Source: Candidatus Pacearchaeota archaeon
GTDB taxonomy: Archaea > Nanobdellota > Nanobdellia > Pacearchaeales > UBA284
NCBI GenBank assembly: GCA_038886195.1
Contig: JAVZYK010000001.1
Location: 163,456-227,455, forward strand
Reading direction: 5' to 3'
DNA length: 64,000 bases
Shown: positions 8,894-19,120 of the stretch, one piece after another
Layout of the letters: the number at the start of each line of letters is the position of its first letter
Position numbering within the stretch: position 1 is the first letter of the stretch
Position numbers and translations under genes: made by a program
The notes under the pieces: model-generated
The model's input: only the letters and a program-made list of their open reading frames with translations
Told to the model about the DNA's origin: nothing
Database searches by the model: none

Positions 8894-10816
8894 ATGAAAA
8901 AAAATATTCTTAAATTATTTATAACAATTTTAATAATTTCATTTACTTTTAATTTTGTTTCAGGACAAGAGCTTAATCAAGAATTTAATAGTTCTATAAA
9001 AAAAATAGATTTATTGATGAATATTTCCAGCACCATCTATAGTGAAGCTGAAAAAATTATAGTTAATTTAACTTTATTTCCCAGAGAAAATGAAAATTGT
9101 ATTGTTAATTTAAAAACAAAACCTGTAGCTGATATAGGAGATGAATTCATAATTTTCAACTTTAGTGAAAAAGGAAAATTAAACTATGTGGTTGAGTCTA
9201 AAATTAGTAGTGAGTTTTTATTTAAGAAAATTAATAATGTTGTTTTACCTTTTAACGTTCCTTCAGAACTAGAAATTTATACGAGAAATTCTGAATATAT
9301 TGTTATAGATTCGTATATTAAAAATAAAGCTTATCAGTTAGTGGCCCAAGATAAAGATGCTTTTGAAACTTTATACAACATTGCAGAATATGTAAGAAGA
9401 AATATGAACTATTCATTAGAATATCAAGAATTAAGAAATGCTTCATGGATTATGCAAGAAAAAAAAGGCGTTTGTAGTCATTATACAATTCTTTTTGTGT
9501 CAATGGCTAGGGCTCTGGGAATTCCTGCTAGATTCGTTTCCGGAGTTGCTTATAGCAATAAAGACAAAGCAATTAGAGAACATGCTTGGGCTGAAGTGTG
9601 GCTTAATGGAGAATGGATTCCCTTTGATGTAACGTTTGGTCAGTATGGTTGGCTAGATGCAAGTCATATTGTATTGAAAAGAAGTCTCGACGCAGGTTCA
9701 TCTTCTGTAGAATATAAATATGTGGGAGAAATAATTATAGAAAATTTAACAATAGATACAAAAATAATTAATCAAGAAGGTTTAGTAAATTTACCAATTG
9801 AGATAAAACTTTCTCCTTATGTAGATAAAGCTGGTTTTAATTCTTATGTTCCTATAGAAGTAACTTTGAAAAATCCTTACAATTATTATGTTTCTGTTCC
9901 TATTTATGTTTCTATTGCTACTGGTGTTTTTGGAGAGAGTGAAAAAATATTTTTACTAAAACCCAACTCAGAAACAAAAAGTTTTTTTATAATGAAAGTT
10001 CCTGATAGTTCTGAACTTAAAGAATGTGGTAAAGAATGTTTGGCAAGTTTTGAAGTTAAAGATAAATTTGGTAACTCCGCTATTACAAAAATTTTAATTG
10101 GAATAAATAAGCCCCGAATATCATTGCAAGAGGCTGAAAATATAATTAGACCGTATAGAAAGGAAATGATAGATTTTTATTGTAAGAGCAATAAAGAATT
10201 CTATTACGATTATGAAAACATCTCCATAGTATGTCAAGCAAAAAGTCCTAGAAATGCAAATGTAAGTATATGTAATCAAAATATTTGTAAGAATATTACA
10301 CTTAATGCTAATGAATTGCAGAATATTGAATTAGAAGTGCCAGCAAATATCGTTAGAAATAAATCCATTGATTCGATAGAGATGACTTGTATGATTTTAT
10401 GCATAATAACGAGAGAGCTAAAAGACATTATTGCTGTTTCTTGTATCGATATGAAGCTTCTCACTATGCCTGAAGCAAAAATCGCAACATTACAAAACAC
10501 AGAAGCAAATTATGGTAGTAAGGGTGATTTAAGTGCAATTATAGAATCAAACAACAATATAAATGCCGAACTAAAGATTGTAACGGAAAAATATATTGAA
10601 ACTAAAAAGATTTTTCTCAGAAAAGGAACAAATATAATTCCTCTAGAAATAAAAACTTGGAAATTAGACGTAGGTAAAAATTCAATATCTTTAACTTTAA
10701 AATATAAAGATATGAATGATAAAAATTATGAAGATAAAAAAGATTTTACATTTATCGTTAAAGACACGAATATTTTTACAAAGATTATTATTTGTTTAAT
10801 TCATTTATTTGACTAA
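8894..10816 (+). CDS. Secreted transglutaminase-like domain protein
   Basis: Signal peptide. A transglutaminase core with a Cys-His-Asp triad: KKGVCSHYTILFVSMARALGIPARFV, HAWAEVWL, PFDVTFG. It is followed by long beta-rich, Cys-containing C-terminal domains. Confidence 0.7.
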   Translation: MKKNILKLFITILIISFTFNFVSGQELNQEFNSSIKKIDLLMNISSTIYSEAEKIIVNLTLFPRENENCIVNLKTKPVADIGDEFIIFNFSEKGKLNYVVESKISSEFLFKKINNVVLPFNVPSELEIYTRNSEYIVIDSYIKNKAYQLVAQDKDAFETLYNIAEYVRRNMNYSLEYQELRNASWIMQEKKGVCSHYTILFVSMARALGIPARFVSGVAYSNKDKAIREHAWAEVWLNGEWIPFDVTFGQYGWLDASHIVLKRSLDAGSSSVEYKYVGEIIIENLTIDTKIINQEGLVNLPIEIKLSPYVDKAGFNSYVPIEVTLKNPYNYYVSVPIYVSIATGVFGESEKIFLLKPNSETKSFFIMKVPDSSELKECGKECLASFEVKDKFGNSAITKILIGINKPRISLQEAENIIRPYRKEMIDFYCKSNKEFYYDYENISIVCQAKSPRNANVSICNQNICKNITLNANELQNIELEVPANIVRNKSIDSIEMTCMILCIITRELKDIIAVSCIDMKLLTMPEAKIATLQNTEANYGSKGDLSAIIESNNNINAELKIVTEKYIETKKIFLRKGTNIIPLEIKTWKLDVGKNSISLTLKYKDMNDKNYEDKKDFTFIVKDTNIFTKIIICLIHLFD

Positions 10817-10854
10817 TTCAAAAACTTTAAAAATATGCATTTTATAAAATTGTT

Positions 10855-11388
10855 ATGGGATTAAGAAAAGGTCATTGTTACACAAAAATAGAACGCCCTT
10901 ATACTCGCAAATCTAAAGTTAAAAGTAAAAGTTATATCAAAACAATTCCTCCGTTGAAAATAGCGAGATTTGAGATGGGTGATGTTTCTGGATTTAATAA
11001 AGGAAAATACAATTGCTTTGTAATGCTTACAGTTACAGAGCCAGTACAAATAAGAGACAATGCTCTAGAAGCTGCGAGACAGTATGCACATAAAAAACTA
11101 GAAGAAAAATTAAAAGGAAATTTTTATTTCGTTTTAAATGCTCATCCTCATCACATTTTGCGTGAGAATAAAATGTTAACTGGGGCTGGTGCGGATAGAA
11201 TGCAAACAGGAATGAGCCATAGTTTTGGAAAGCCTATAGGAATAGCTGCTCAACTTATGAAAGGAGACAAAATTTTTAGTGTAGCTTGTAATAGGGAAGC
11301 AATTCCAGCAGTTAGAGAAATTTTAAATAAGATAAAATCAAAATTGCCAGGTAAAAAAACAATAGTTGTAGAAGAAATAAAAAAATGA
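10855..11388 (+). CDS. rpl10e: 50S ribosomal protein L10e (uL16)
   Basis: MGLRKGHCYTKIERPYTRKSK...IARFEMGD and the rest align to the L10e/L16 family. 177 aa. Confidence 0.9.
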   Translation: MGLRKGHCYTKIERPYTRKSKVKSKSYIKTIPPLKIARFEMGDVSGFNKGKYNCFVMLTVTEPVQIRDNALEAARQYAHKKLEEKLKGNFYFVLNAHPHHILRENKMLTGAGADRMQTGMSHSFGKPIGIAAQLMKGDKIFSVACNREAIPAVREILNKIKSKLPGKKTIVVEEIKK

Positions 11389-11444
11389 TTTTTTTCTAGT
11401 TAAATTTAAATAATCTCTTTTTTTACTTTATAAAAAGAGGGAAG

Positions 11445-13811
11445 ATGGTGGATGATTCAAGAAACATAGTGTGGCTTTCTGAAATAACTAAGAAAGACGT
11501 AGCGATAGCTGGTGGTAAAGGGGCAAATCTTGCTGAAATGTATAATGCAGGATTTCCTGTTCCGCCCGCTTTCATAGTGACTGCTCAGGCTTTTGTTACT
11601 TTCTTAAGAGAATCCGGATTAAAAGAAAAAATTTTATCTATAGTGAATAAAATTGACTTAGAAAATACCTCTGAACTTGAAGCCAAAGCTAAAGAAATAC
11701 AACAAATGATTATTAAAGAAAAGATGCCTGAAACTCTTGCTGATGAAATTCTTGAGGCTTACTCTTGTTTAAGTTTAGACAAAGAGATTATATCTGATAT
11801 AAAAAATCCTTTAGATTTGGCAGAAGTTAAAGGAGAAGATGTTTTTGTAGCGGTTAGAAGTAGTGCTACAACAGAGGACTTAAGTACGGCGTCGTTTGCG
11901 GGACAACAGGAAACTTTTCTTAATATTAAAGGTAAAGAAGCTTTATTAGAAGCTGTACAAAAATGTTGGGCTTCGCTTTTCACTGCAAGAGCAATTTATT
12001 ATAGAGCTAAAAAAGGATTTAGCCACGAAACTAGTTATATTGCAGTTGTAGTTCAACGAATGGTAAATTCTGATAAATCAGGAGTTATGTTTACTATCAA
12101 TCCATTAACCAATAACAAAAATGAAATTGTAATAGAATCAGTATTTGGCTTAGGCGAAGGAATAGTTTCTGGAACAATAGAGCCAGATAGTTATGTAATT
12201 GATAAAAAGAATTTAGAAGTTATAAAAAAAAGATTGGGTTTGAAAAAATTGCGTTTTGTAAAAGATGAAACAGGCAAGACGGTTAAAGAAGAATTGCCAG
12301 AAGAACTTCAGAAAAAAGAAGTTTTAGAAAGCTCTGAAATAAAAAGCCTAGCAAATTATGGAATTGACATTGAAGAGCATTATAAATGGCCTCAAGATAT
12401 TGAATGGGCAATTGAAGGAAATAAAATTTATATAGTTCAATCCAGGCCAGTAACTACGGTAGAAAAAGAAACAAAAAAAGTTGAACTGCAGGGCAAAGTT
12501 CTTATAGAGGGACTTGGAGCATCTGCCGGAGTTGCTTCTGGAGTTGTTAAAATAATTCGTGATTTAAAAGATTTGCATAAAATTAAAGAAGGAGATATTC
12601 TCGTTACACGTATGACTAATCCTGACATGGTTGTTACAATGCAAAAAGCTAAGGCAATTGTAACAGATGAAGGAGGTCTAACTGCTCATGCGGCCATAGT
12701 TTCAAGAGAAATAGGATTGCCGTGTGTTGTTGGAACAAAAAAAGCAACGCAAGTTTTAGTTGAAGGTTCTATCGTTACGGTAGATGGAACTAATGGAAAA
12801 ATATACGAAGGCGTAGTAGAAATAAAAGAAAAAGAGAAAGAAGAAAAGCCGATTAAACCAACGCCACCAGCTTTGGCTAAAATGTTGATTCCTCCTGAAG
12901 TACGAGAAGCGTTCGAATTGGCAAGAAAAAGAAAAGAAGGAATTGAAGGAGGAGAGGAAAAAATTTTAGTAAAAGTTAATTGTGATTTGCCAGAAGTTGC
13001 TGAAAAAGCTGCTGCAACTGGAGCTGATGGAGTTGGACTAGTTAGAATAGAATTTATTATTGCTAAAGGAGGAATACATCCGGCAGAATATATTAGAAGA
13101 GGTAAAAGTGAAGAATATTCTAAAATACTGGCCGATGGAATTGAAAAAATAGCGAGAGCTTTTCAAGGCAAAAGTGTTTGGGTTAGAACAAGCGATATTA
13201 GAACAGATGAATATAGAAATCTTAAAGGCTCAGAACAAGAGCCAAAAGAAGATAACCCAATGCTTGGATGGCACGGGATTAGAAGAGGTTTGGATGAACC
13301 AGAAATTTTGAAAGCCGAATTCAGAGCAATAAAATTATTGCACGATAGAGGTTATAAAAATGTGGGTGTTATGATTCCATTTGTAATTAGAACAGAAGAA
13401 ATTAAAAAAGCTAAAGAGCTATGTCGAGAGGTTGGACTTGAACCTGGAAAAGATGTTGAATTTGGAGTTATGATTGAAACTCCTGCAAGCTGTATGATTA
13501 TTGAAGAATTATGTCGAGAAGGAATTGATTTCATAAGCTTTGGTACCAATGATTTAACTCAGTTGACTTTAGGCATTGATAGAAACAATGAAAGACTGGC
13601 CCGTTTGTATGATGAGATGCATCCCGGAGTATTGAGATTGCTTGAAATGGTAATAACTGTTTGTAAGAATTATGGTGTTAAAACTTCTATTTGTGGCCAA
13701 GCCGGCTCAAGGCCCGATATGGCAAAATTCTTAGCTAAGAAAGGAATAAATAGCATTTCTGCAAATATAGATTCCGTTGCTTTAATAAGAGAGGCTATTA
13801 GAGAAATTTAA
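11445..13811 (+). CDS. ppsA: Phosphoenolpyruvate synthase (pyruvate, water dikinase)
   Basis: N-terminal GGKGANLAEM...GFPVPPAF. A PEP-utilising mobile domain with the phospho-His, GGLTAHAAIVSREIGLPCVVG. A C-terminal PEP-utilising TIM barrel, NDLTQ. 788 aa. Confidence 0.85.
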   Translation: MVDDSRNIVWLSEITKKDVAIAGGKGANLAEMYNAGFPVPPAFIVTAQAFVTFLRESGLKEKILSIVNKIDLENTSELEAKAKEIQQMIIKEKMPETLADEILEAYSCLSLDKEIISDIKNPLDLAEVKGEDVFVAVRSSATTEDLSTASFAGQQETFLNIKGKEALLEAVQKCWASLFTARAIYYRAKKGFSHETSYIAVVVQRMVNSDKSGVMFTINPLTNNKNEIVIESVFGLGEGIVSGTIEPDSYVIDKKNLEVIKKRLGLKKLRFVKDETGKTVKEELPEELQKKEVLESSEIKSLANYGIDIEEHYKWPQDIEWAIEGNKIYIVQSRPVTTVEKETKKVELQGKVLIEGLGASAGVASGVVKIIRDLKDLHKIKEGDILVTRMTNPDMVVTMQKAKAIVTDEGGLTAHAAIVSREIGLPCVVGTKKATQVLVEGSIVTVDGTNGKIYEGVVEIKEKEKEEKPIKPTPPALAKMLIPPEVREAFELARKRKEGIEGGEEKILVKVNCDLPEVAEKAAATGADGVGLVRIEFIIAKGGIHPAEYIRRGKSEEYSKILADGIEKIARAFQGKSVWVRTSDIRTDEYRNLKGSEQEPKEDNPMLGWHGIRRGLDEPEILKAEFRAIKLLHDRGYKNVGVMIPFVIRTEEIKKAKELCREVGLEPGKDVEFGVMIETPASCMIIEELCREGIDFISFGTNDLTQLTLGIDRNNERLARLYDEMHPGVLRLLEMVITVCKNYGVKTSICGQAGSRPDMAKFLAKKGINSISANIDSVALIREAIREI

Positions 13812-13876
13812 AAAGATGTATTAAAAAATAATAAAATTTTTAAACTGTCTTTTATCTTTTAGATAATTTGTAAAAA

Positions 13877-14167
13877 ATGGTTATTGATATTTATATAAAT
13901 TGCACCAAATTTCCAGAAATATTAATAACACCTATACTTACTGGTAAAAGATATGATCCTATTGAATTTAATTTTTGCAAAGATAGTATTGAAAAATTTA
14001 AAAACCTCCTAGAAAAATATGAGGGTCATTCTGAAAAATATAGAATAAATTATGTGATGTCTGAAGAACAAATTAATTTTCTTATAAAAAGAAATATAAA
14101 AGTAAAAAAAACAATAGAGGCTATAGTATGTTTATTAGAGCAACAATATAAAACTTTGAAACAATAA
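13877..14167 (+). CDS. Hypothetical protein
   Basis: 96-aa ORF with no recognisable motif. Confidence 0.35.
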   Translation: MVIDIYINCTKFPEILITPILTGKRYDPIEFNFCKDSIEKFKNLLEKYEGHSEKYRINYVMSEEQINFLIKRNIKVKKTIEAIVCLLEQQYKTLKQ

Positions 14168-14207
14168 AAAACAATAAATTTTTTAATACTATTTTCTTCT
14201 TGTTTTT

Positions 14208-14867
14208 ATGTTAGAAAAGGAGGCTATTGAAAAGGGTATTGATATTGAAGCTTTAAAGGAAGAACAAAGAAAACTTGCTAAACTCGTATCTTGTAAAGAT
14301 GCATTTGATTTTAATAACGCTACAAGATTTGCAGGCATAGATTTAGAAACATTAAAAACAAAAGAAATTCTAGCCGCTATTGCGGTAGTTGATGAAAATA
14401 TGGAAATAGTTGAAGAAAAATATGCAATTAGACCAATCAAATTTCCTTATATTCCTGGCTTTAGAGCTTATAGAGAATTGCCTTGTATTTTGGCCGCTTA
14501 TGAGAAGCTGGAAGAACAACCAGATGTTTTTTTTATAGAAGCTCAAGGAATATCTCATCCAAGAGGTTTAGGATTGGCAAGTCATTTAGGAATTAGTATA
14601 AATAGACCAGTTATAGGAATAACGAATCATATACTTATTGGTGAAGAGAGAGGCGATGATGTTATATTGAATGGAAAAGTTATAGCAAAGAAACTCATTA
14701 CAAAAGAAGGTTCGAAACCATTTTATGTTTCTGTAGGCCATATGATTTCTCTTTCTTCAGCCGTAGAGCTTGTCAAAAAATGTGTTAGAGAGCCGCATAA
14801 ACTTCCAGAGCCTCTTGTAATGGCAAGAAAAATGGCTTCAAAAATAAGAAAAGAGATAGAAAGATAA
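14208..14867 (+). CDS. nfi: Endonuclease V
   Basis: IAVVDE...FPYIPGFRAYRELP...FIEAQGISHPRGLGLASHLG...GITNHIL matches the catalytic core of the endonuclease V family. Confidence 0.8.
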   Translation: MLEKEAIEKGIDIEALKEEQRKLAKLVSCKDAFDFNNATRFAGIDLETLKTKEILAAIAVVDENMEIVEEKYAIRPIKFPYIPGFRAYRELPCILAAYEKLEEQPDVFFIEAQGISHPRGLGLASHLGISINRPVIGITNHILIGEERGDDVILNGKVIAKKLITKEGSKPFYVSVGHMISLSSAVELVKKCVREPHKLPEPLVMARKMASKIRKEIER

Positions 14868-14916
14868 TAAAAAATAAAGTCCTTTATCTTTTACTTTTTT
14901 AATTCCGCTAATTAAT

Positions 14917-15141
14917 TTATAACCCCACAACGCCTATTTTTGTAGCGATTATTTTTAATTTGTCTATGAGCTCCTTAGCAGTGTCTTCTTCTATTTTTTT
15001 GCCCTCTCCTGGTTTTATTTCTTCCTCTGTTTTTATCTCAATAAAATTAATTAAGTCTCTAATGTCGTTTTCAATTTCCATGATTCTTTGTTTTATGTTG
15101 CCATCTACTGGTTTATATTTCTTTTTAGTTGAAAGCCTCAT
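14917..15141 (-). CDS. Hypothetical small charged protein
   Basis: 74-aa K/E-rich ORF. It is more protein-like than the overlapping plus-strand ORF at 14960..15154. Confidence 0.3.
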   Translation of the reverse strand: MRLSTKKKYKPVDGNIKQRIMEIENDIRDLINFIEIKTEEEIKPGEGKKIEEDTAKELIDKLKIIATKIGVVGL

Positions 15142-15205
15142 TTTATTTAATTAATACCTCCTTTTTAATATGATGATTAAACAATAATCTTTTTTAAATT
15201 TTTTC

Positions 15206-16624
15206 TCAGTTATTATATCCATTTAATTTTATATTTATTTCTAAATGGCGCCACAATTCTGAAGGAGTTAATGTAGATAGATGTTCTTTTGCTTCTTTTA
15301 TTCCAAATTTTTTTACATCTCTAACTTCTTTTACTTTCGGCGTCATTACTAAAGCGACTGCAAATCTTGCAATTCCACTAATTAAAAATACAATTAATAT
15401 TGAAGAAAGTCCAAACAAAGTTAAATGGGTTGAAGAAATGAAACCTCCCAGTGTAGCGCCTATAAAAACTCCGATTCCAGTCAAGAGATTTGAATAAGCA
15501 ACACATAATGCCATTCTTTGACGAGTTACTGCATCATATATGAAGTTGCTAGAAGCGAGGTTAAAGCCAGCCCAAACCATTCCAGAAAAAGCTTCTATTA
15601 AAATAAGGTATGGAATTAAAGAATTTTTATTTATAAATATAGAAACAAACCACAATAAAGGCACTAAAGGAATTAGAAAAGAAGTTATTTTTGTTGCCTT
15701 TATATTACCATAGCGATCAACAAATTTTCCCCATAAAGGCATAAAAAGCAAGGAAGTTAAAGAACTTGCCAATGTAACTAGAATCCATTGAAAATAACTA
15801 AAGCCGAGTTCTTTTAACATATAAACTGCGAAAAAAGGAGAAGCAATTGCTGTAGCAAGCTGCATCAAAGCTACAAGAACTGTAAATTTGCCAAAATTGC
15901 TTTTAGGAATATAACGAATAAATTGCCAAAAACTAAAATAGTAGCCTTTTTCATAGCTAATTTTTGGTTCATATTTTTTTGAGAGAATTAGCGTTGAAAT
16001 TAATCGTGCTATAAAAGCTATAGTGAATAAAATTACAAATCCTATAAATATTTTTGTTTTTGCAAAATAATCAAGAATAAAACTGCCGGCCAACATAGAA
16101 ACGAGCGCTACAAAACCAACAATTCGGTTTCTGTTACCAAAATATTTTCCGGAATTTTCTGTCACTATGTCTTTCATCCAGGAGTTCCATGCTGGCACGA
16201 GCATTGCTCCAAATAAAGTAAGTAAAGTATAGATTATTATAAGGAGAGTTGGCGTTATAGTTGAGTTAATGTTAAAAATAAAATATAATGCTCCAATGCC
16301 GATTACAAAAAGCCACATTATTGCTTGAAGCAATGCTCCTAAAACAACAATTTTTTTTCTAGAAGTCTTTTCCATAAGTTTTGGTGTAAACATTTGAGAA
16401 AAATTTCCTAGCAAAGAAGGTAAAGAAGTTAAGAAACCTATGTGGGCATTTGTAGCACCTAGTTTTAAAGCAAAAGGAGTTATATATCTCATGCCAAGTC
16501 CTTCACTCACCGAATATGCGCAGCCTTCACGAATGCTTAATATCTTTGTTTTTTCTATTAATCTACGTTCTTTTTTAATTTTCCTTTCTTTTTTCATTTT
16601 TTGTTTGCATTTAATAAAAAACAA
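15206..16624 (-). CDS. MFS transporter
   Basis: 472 aa with about 12 hydrophobic helices arranged as two six-helix halves, typical of the major facilitator superfamily. Confidence 0.7.
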   Translation of the reverse strand: MFFIKCKQKMKKERKIKKERRLIEKTKILSIREGCAYSVSEGLGMRYITPFALKLGATNAHIGFLTSLPSLLGNFSQMFTPKLMEKTSRKKIVVLGALLQAIMWLFVIGIGALYFIFNINSTITPTLLIIIYTLLTLFGAMLVPAWNSWMKDIVTENSGKYFGNRNRIVGFVALVSMLAGSFILDYFAKTKIFIGFVILFTIAFIARLISTLILSKKYEPKISYEKGYYFSFWQFIRYIPKSNFGKFTVLVALMQLATAIASPFFAVYMLKELGFSYFQWILVTLASSLTSLLFMPLWGKFVDRYGNIKATKITSFLIPLVPLLWFVSIFINKNSLIPYLILIEAFSGMVWAGFNLASSNFIYDAVTRQRMALCVAYSNLLTGIGVFIGATLGGFISSTHLTLFGLSSILIVFLISGIARFAVALVMTPKVKEVRDVKKFGIKEAKEHLSTLTPSELWRHLEINIKLNGYNN

Positions 16625-16660
16625 ATTTATAAACTTTTTTAATTTTTAATATTTAATGAA

Positions 16661-17689
16661 ATGAGTAAAAAAGAGAAAAAAGAAAAAATGACTAAACAAA
16701 TAACCAAAACACACAATTCTGAAATAGCCAAGATATTTTTTGAAATGGCTGATATTTTAGAAATGCAAAACGTTCAATGGAAACCGCAAGCTTATAGAAG
16801 AGCTGCTAAAGCAATTGATTCTTTAAGAGAAGATGTTGAAGAAATTTATAGAAATTATGGTTTAAAGGGTCTTAAAGAAATTCCAGGAGTTGGTGAAAAT
16901 CTTGCTAAGAAAATCGTTGAATTTATTAAAACTAATAAAATTAAGGCTTATGAAAAATTGAAAGCAAGCATTCCAGCCCATGTTGCTGAACTTTCACAAA
17001 TTCCAGGTATCGGGCCGAAGAAAATAAAAAAACTTTACCAAATTCTACATATAAAAACCTTGAAGGATTTAGAAAAAGCATTGAAACAACACAAGATTGC
17101 TAAATTGCCCGGCTTTGGTGAAAAATCTGAAAAGGCCATTATCGAAAGCTTAAAAATTAAAAAAGAAAAGCGCAGACCTTTGGAAGAAGTCTTGCCGATA
17201 GCAAATTCAATAGTTAAAAAATTAAAGAAATCAGGGGTTGTTGATAAAATTGACGTCGCAGGATCGATTAGAAGAAAAAAAGAAACCGTTAGAGATATTG
17301 ATATTTTAGTTACATCAAAGAATCCTAAAAAAGTTATGGATATTTTTACGACATTGCCCGAAGTATCAAAAGTGTTAGCAAAGGGGCCAACTAAAAGCGC
17401 GGTTATTTTGAAACAAGGAATTCAGGCAGACGTTCGTGTTGTTCCGGAGGAAAGTTATGGGGCAGCATTAATGTATTTTACTGGTTCAAAAGAGCACAAT
17501 ATTAAGATGAGAGAAATTGCTATGAAAAAAGGTTACAAGTTGAGCGAATATGGGTTATTTGATAGAAAAACTGGCAAACTTCTAGCTTCAAAAACAGAAG
17601 AAGAAATTTATAATAAACTCGGAATGAATTATATCGAGCCCCATTTGCGAGAGAATAAAGGCGAAATAGAAGATGCAATGAAAAAATAA
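16661..17689 (+). CDS. polX: DNA polymerase X family protein (Pol beta-like core; PHP domain absent)
   Basis: Tandem HhH motifs IPGVGENLAKKI and IPGIGPKKIKKL. A nucleotidyltransferase motif VAGSIRRKKETVRDIDILV. YFTGSKEHNIKMR...EYGLF. It ends at IEPHLRENKGEIE, the point where the PHP domain of full-length PolX would begin. Confidence 0.75.
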   Translation: MSKKEKKEKMTKQITKTHNSEIAKIFFEMADILEMQNVQWKPQAYRRAAKAIDSLREDVEEIYRNYGLKGLKEIPGVGENLAKKIVEFIKTNKIKAYEKLKASIPAHVAELSQIPGIGPKKIKKLYQILHIKTLKDLEKALKQHKIAKLPGFGEKSEKAIIESLKIKKEKRRPLEEVLPIANSIVKKLKKSGVVDKIDVAGSIRRKKETVRDIDILVTSKNPKKVMDIFTTLPEVSKVLAKGPTKSAVILKQGIQADVRVVPEESYGAALMYFTGSKEHNIKMREIAMKKGYKLSEYGLFDRKTGKLLASKTEEEIYNKLGMNYIEPHLRENKGEIEDAMKK

Positions 17690-17692
17690 AAA

Positions 17693-17798
17693 TGCGCCAG
17701 CCGGGATTCGAACCCGGGTAACAACCTCTCTCTATTGGGGATAATAAGGGGTATCCCCTTATTTGGGAGGGTTGTGTCTTGCCACTGGACTACTGGCG
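17693..17798 (-). tRNA. tRNA-Gly(CCC) carrying an anticodon-loop intron of about 35 nt
   Basis: Minus-strand read: GCGCCAG-TA-GTCCAGTGGCAAGAC-A-CAACC-CTCCCA[intron AATAAGGGG...AGAGAG]A-GGTTG-TTAC-CCGGGTTCGAATCCCGG-CTGGCGC-A. The acceptor and T arms pair perfectly, with discriminator A73. The intron lies at the canonical 37/38 site. Confidence 0.75.
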
Positions 17799-17868
17799 CG
17801 CAAATTACTATATATTCTTTAATAAACAAATCTTTATAAATTTTGGTCGTAGTTTAATAAAGTAAAAA

Positions 17869-18237
17869 ATGAGAAAATACAGAGTTTATATAGCAGGAAA
17901 ATTGAATGATGTGGCTGTAAATTATATTAAAAATTGCCACATCATGCTCGAAGAGGCAGAAAAAATCAGAAAGGAAGGCTTTAGCGTTTATGTTCCTTGT
18001 CTTAATTTCTTGATGGGGCTTTATGCTGGTAATTATAAATATAAAGATTATTTTGAAAACTCGCAACCATGGCTCGAAGTTTCCGATGCTTTATATGTTT
18101 GTAAAAATTGGAAAAAAAGCGAAGGGGCTAAAAAGGAAATTGAAAAAGCAAAAGAGTTTAGAATTCCAATTTTCTATGATTTAGAAAGCTTAATTAAATG
18201 GCGAGAACAAGAGCTTAGAAAGAAAAGAAACAAATAA
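17869..18237 (+). CDS. Hypothetical protein, possibly nucleoside 2-deoxyribosyltransferase-like (DUF4406-like)
   Basis: N-terminal VYIAGKL and an overall flavodoxin-like pattern resemble the DUF4406/NDT-like fold. The assignment is weak. Confidence 0.35.
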   Translation: MRKYRVYIAGKLNDVAVNYIKNCHIMLEEAEKIRKEGFSVYVPCLNFLMGLYAGNYKYKDYFENSQPWLEVSDALYVCKNWKKSEGAKKEIEKAKEFRIPIFYDLESLIKWREQELRKKRNK

Positions 18238-18251
18238 AAAAGGTAAATAAG

Positions 18252-18626
18252 ATGGAAACTAAATTTTTATTTGTGCCTGTTGGTGAAAAGCAAGGCGAGA
18301 AAGGCCAAAACTTTTTCTATTGTCCTAGAACAAGAAAGATTTTTGGCCCTCTAGCAGATTTGATTGTTGAGGAACATTTAAAGCATCTGCTTGAATGTGC
18401 TTGTTTTACTATTCTTTCAAAAACAGAGGGATCAAGAATTATAATTAAATGTGAAAGGACCCAAAATCTGCATTCATTGTGCCATATAGAAGTTAAGTAT
18501 GAAAATCCGGCGCATCTCAAAAGAATTGAAAATATAATTAAAATCTACACAGAAAATTACAACAATGGCAAGTCAATTGCTGTAGAATTGCCAAAAAAAT
18601 TTTATAAGCCAGAAGGAATGAGATAA
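18252..18626 (+). CDS. Hypothetical protein
   Basis: 124-aa ORF with no recognisable motif. Confidence 0.35.
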   Translation: METKFLFVPVGEKQGEKGQNFFYCPRTRKIFGPLADLIVEEHLKHLLECACFTILSKTEGSRIIIKCERTQNLHSLCHIEVKYENPAHLKRIENIIKIYTENYNNGKSIAVELPKKFYKPEGMR

Positions 18627-18680
18627 TTGAAGGTAAGGTTTTTAAAGTTCAAGACTTTGGGAAAAAGCTAAGGAAAGAAA

Positions 18681-19085
18681 ATGAGAATAAAATTTAGTGA
18701 TAAAGAGCTGTTAGGAAAGAAAACTGGTAGGCCTAGAGAATGGCCTTTATATTGGAACTTTATAGGGAACCCTGAAGAGGAAAAAACGATATATTATTTT
18801 TTAATTGTTAATACAAACAAAAGGCAGATTGAAGATATATCTGGAATTATCTATGGACAAGTCCCTGCACCCATAGAGGCTAAACAGAAAGATGGCGGAG
18901 TGCAAGATTTGTTTTATAGAATTATCACTGCAGACACGCATAATCAAAAAATAGATTTATACAAACTAAAGAGGGCATACAATGGCGAACTTGAGAAAGA
19001 CATTAATCTTTATGAAGGCAAAGATCCAGATAGGCTTGAAAATTATGTTATTAAGAAACTCGAAAAGATGTTAGATATTAATTAA
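18681..19085 (+). CDS. Hypothetical protein
   Basis: 134-aa ORF with no recognisable motif. Confidence 0.35.
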   Translation: MRIKFSDKELLGKKTGRPREWPLYWNFIGNPEEEKTIYYFLIVNTNKRQIEDISGIIYGQVPAPIEAKQKDGGVQDLFYRIITADTHNQKIDLYKLKRAYNGELEKDINLYEGKDPDRLENYVIKKLEKMLDIN

Positions 19086-19120
19086 GCAAACTTTTTAAGT
19101 CCATCTTTCTTTAACGTTTA

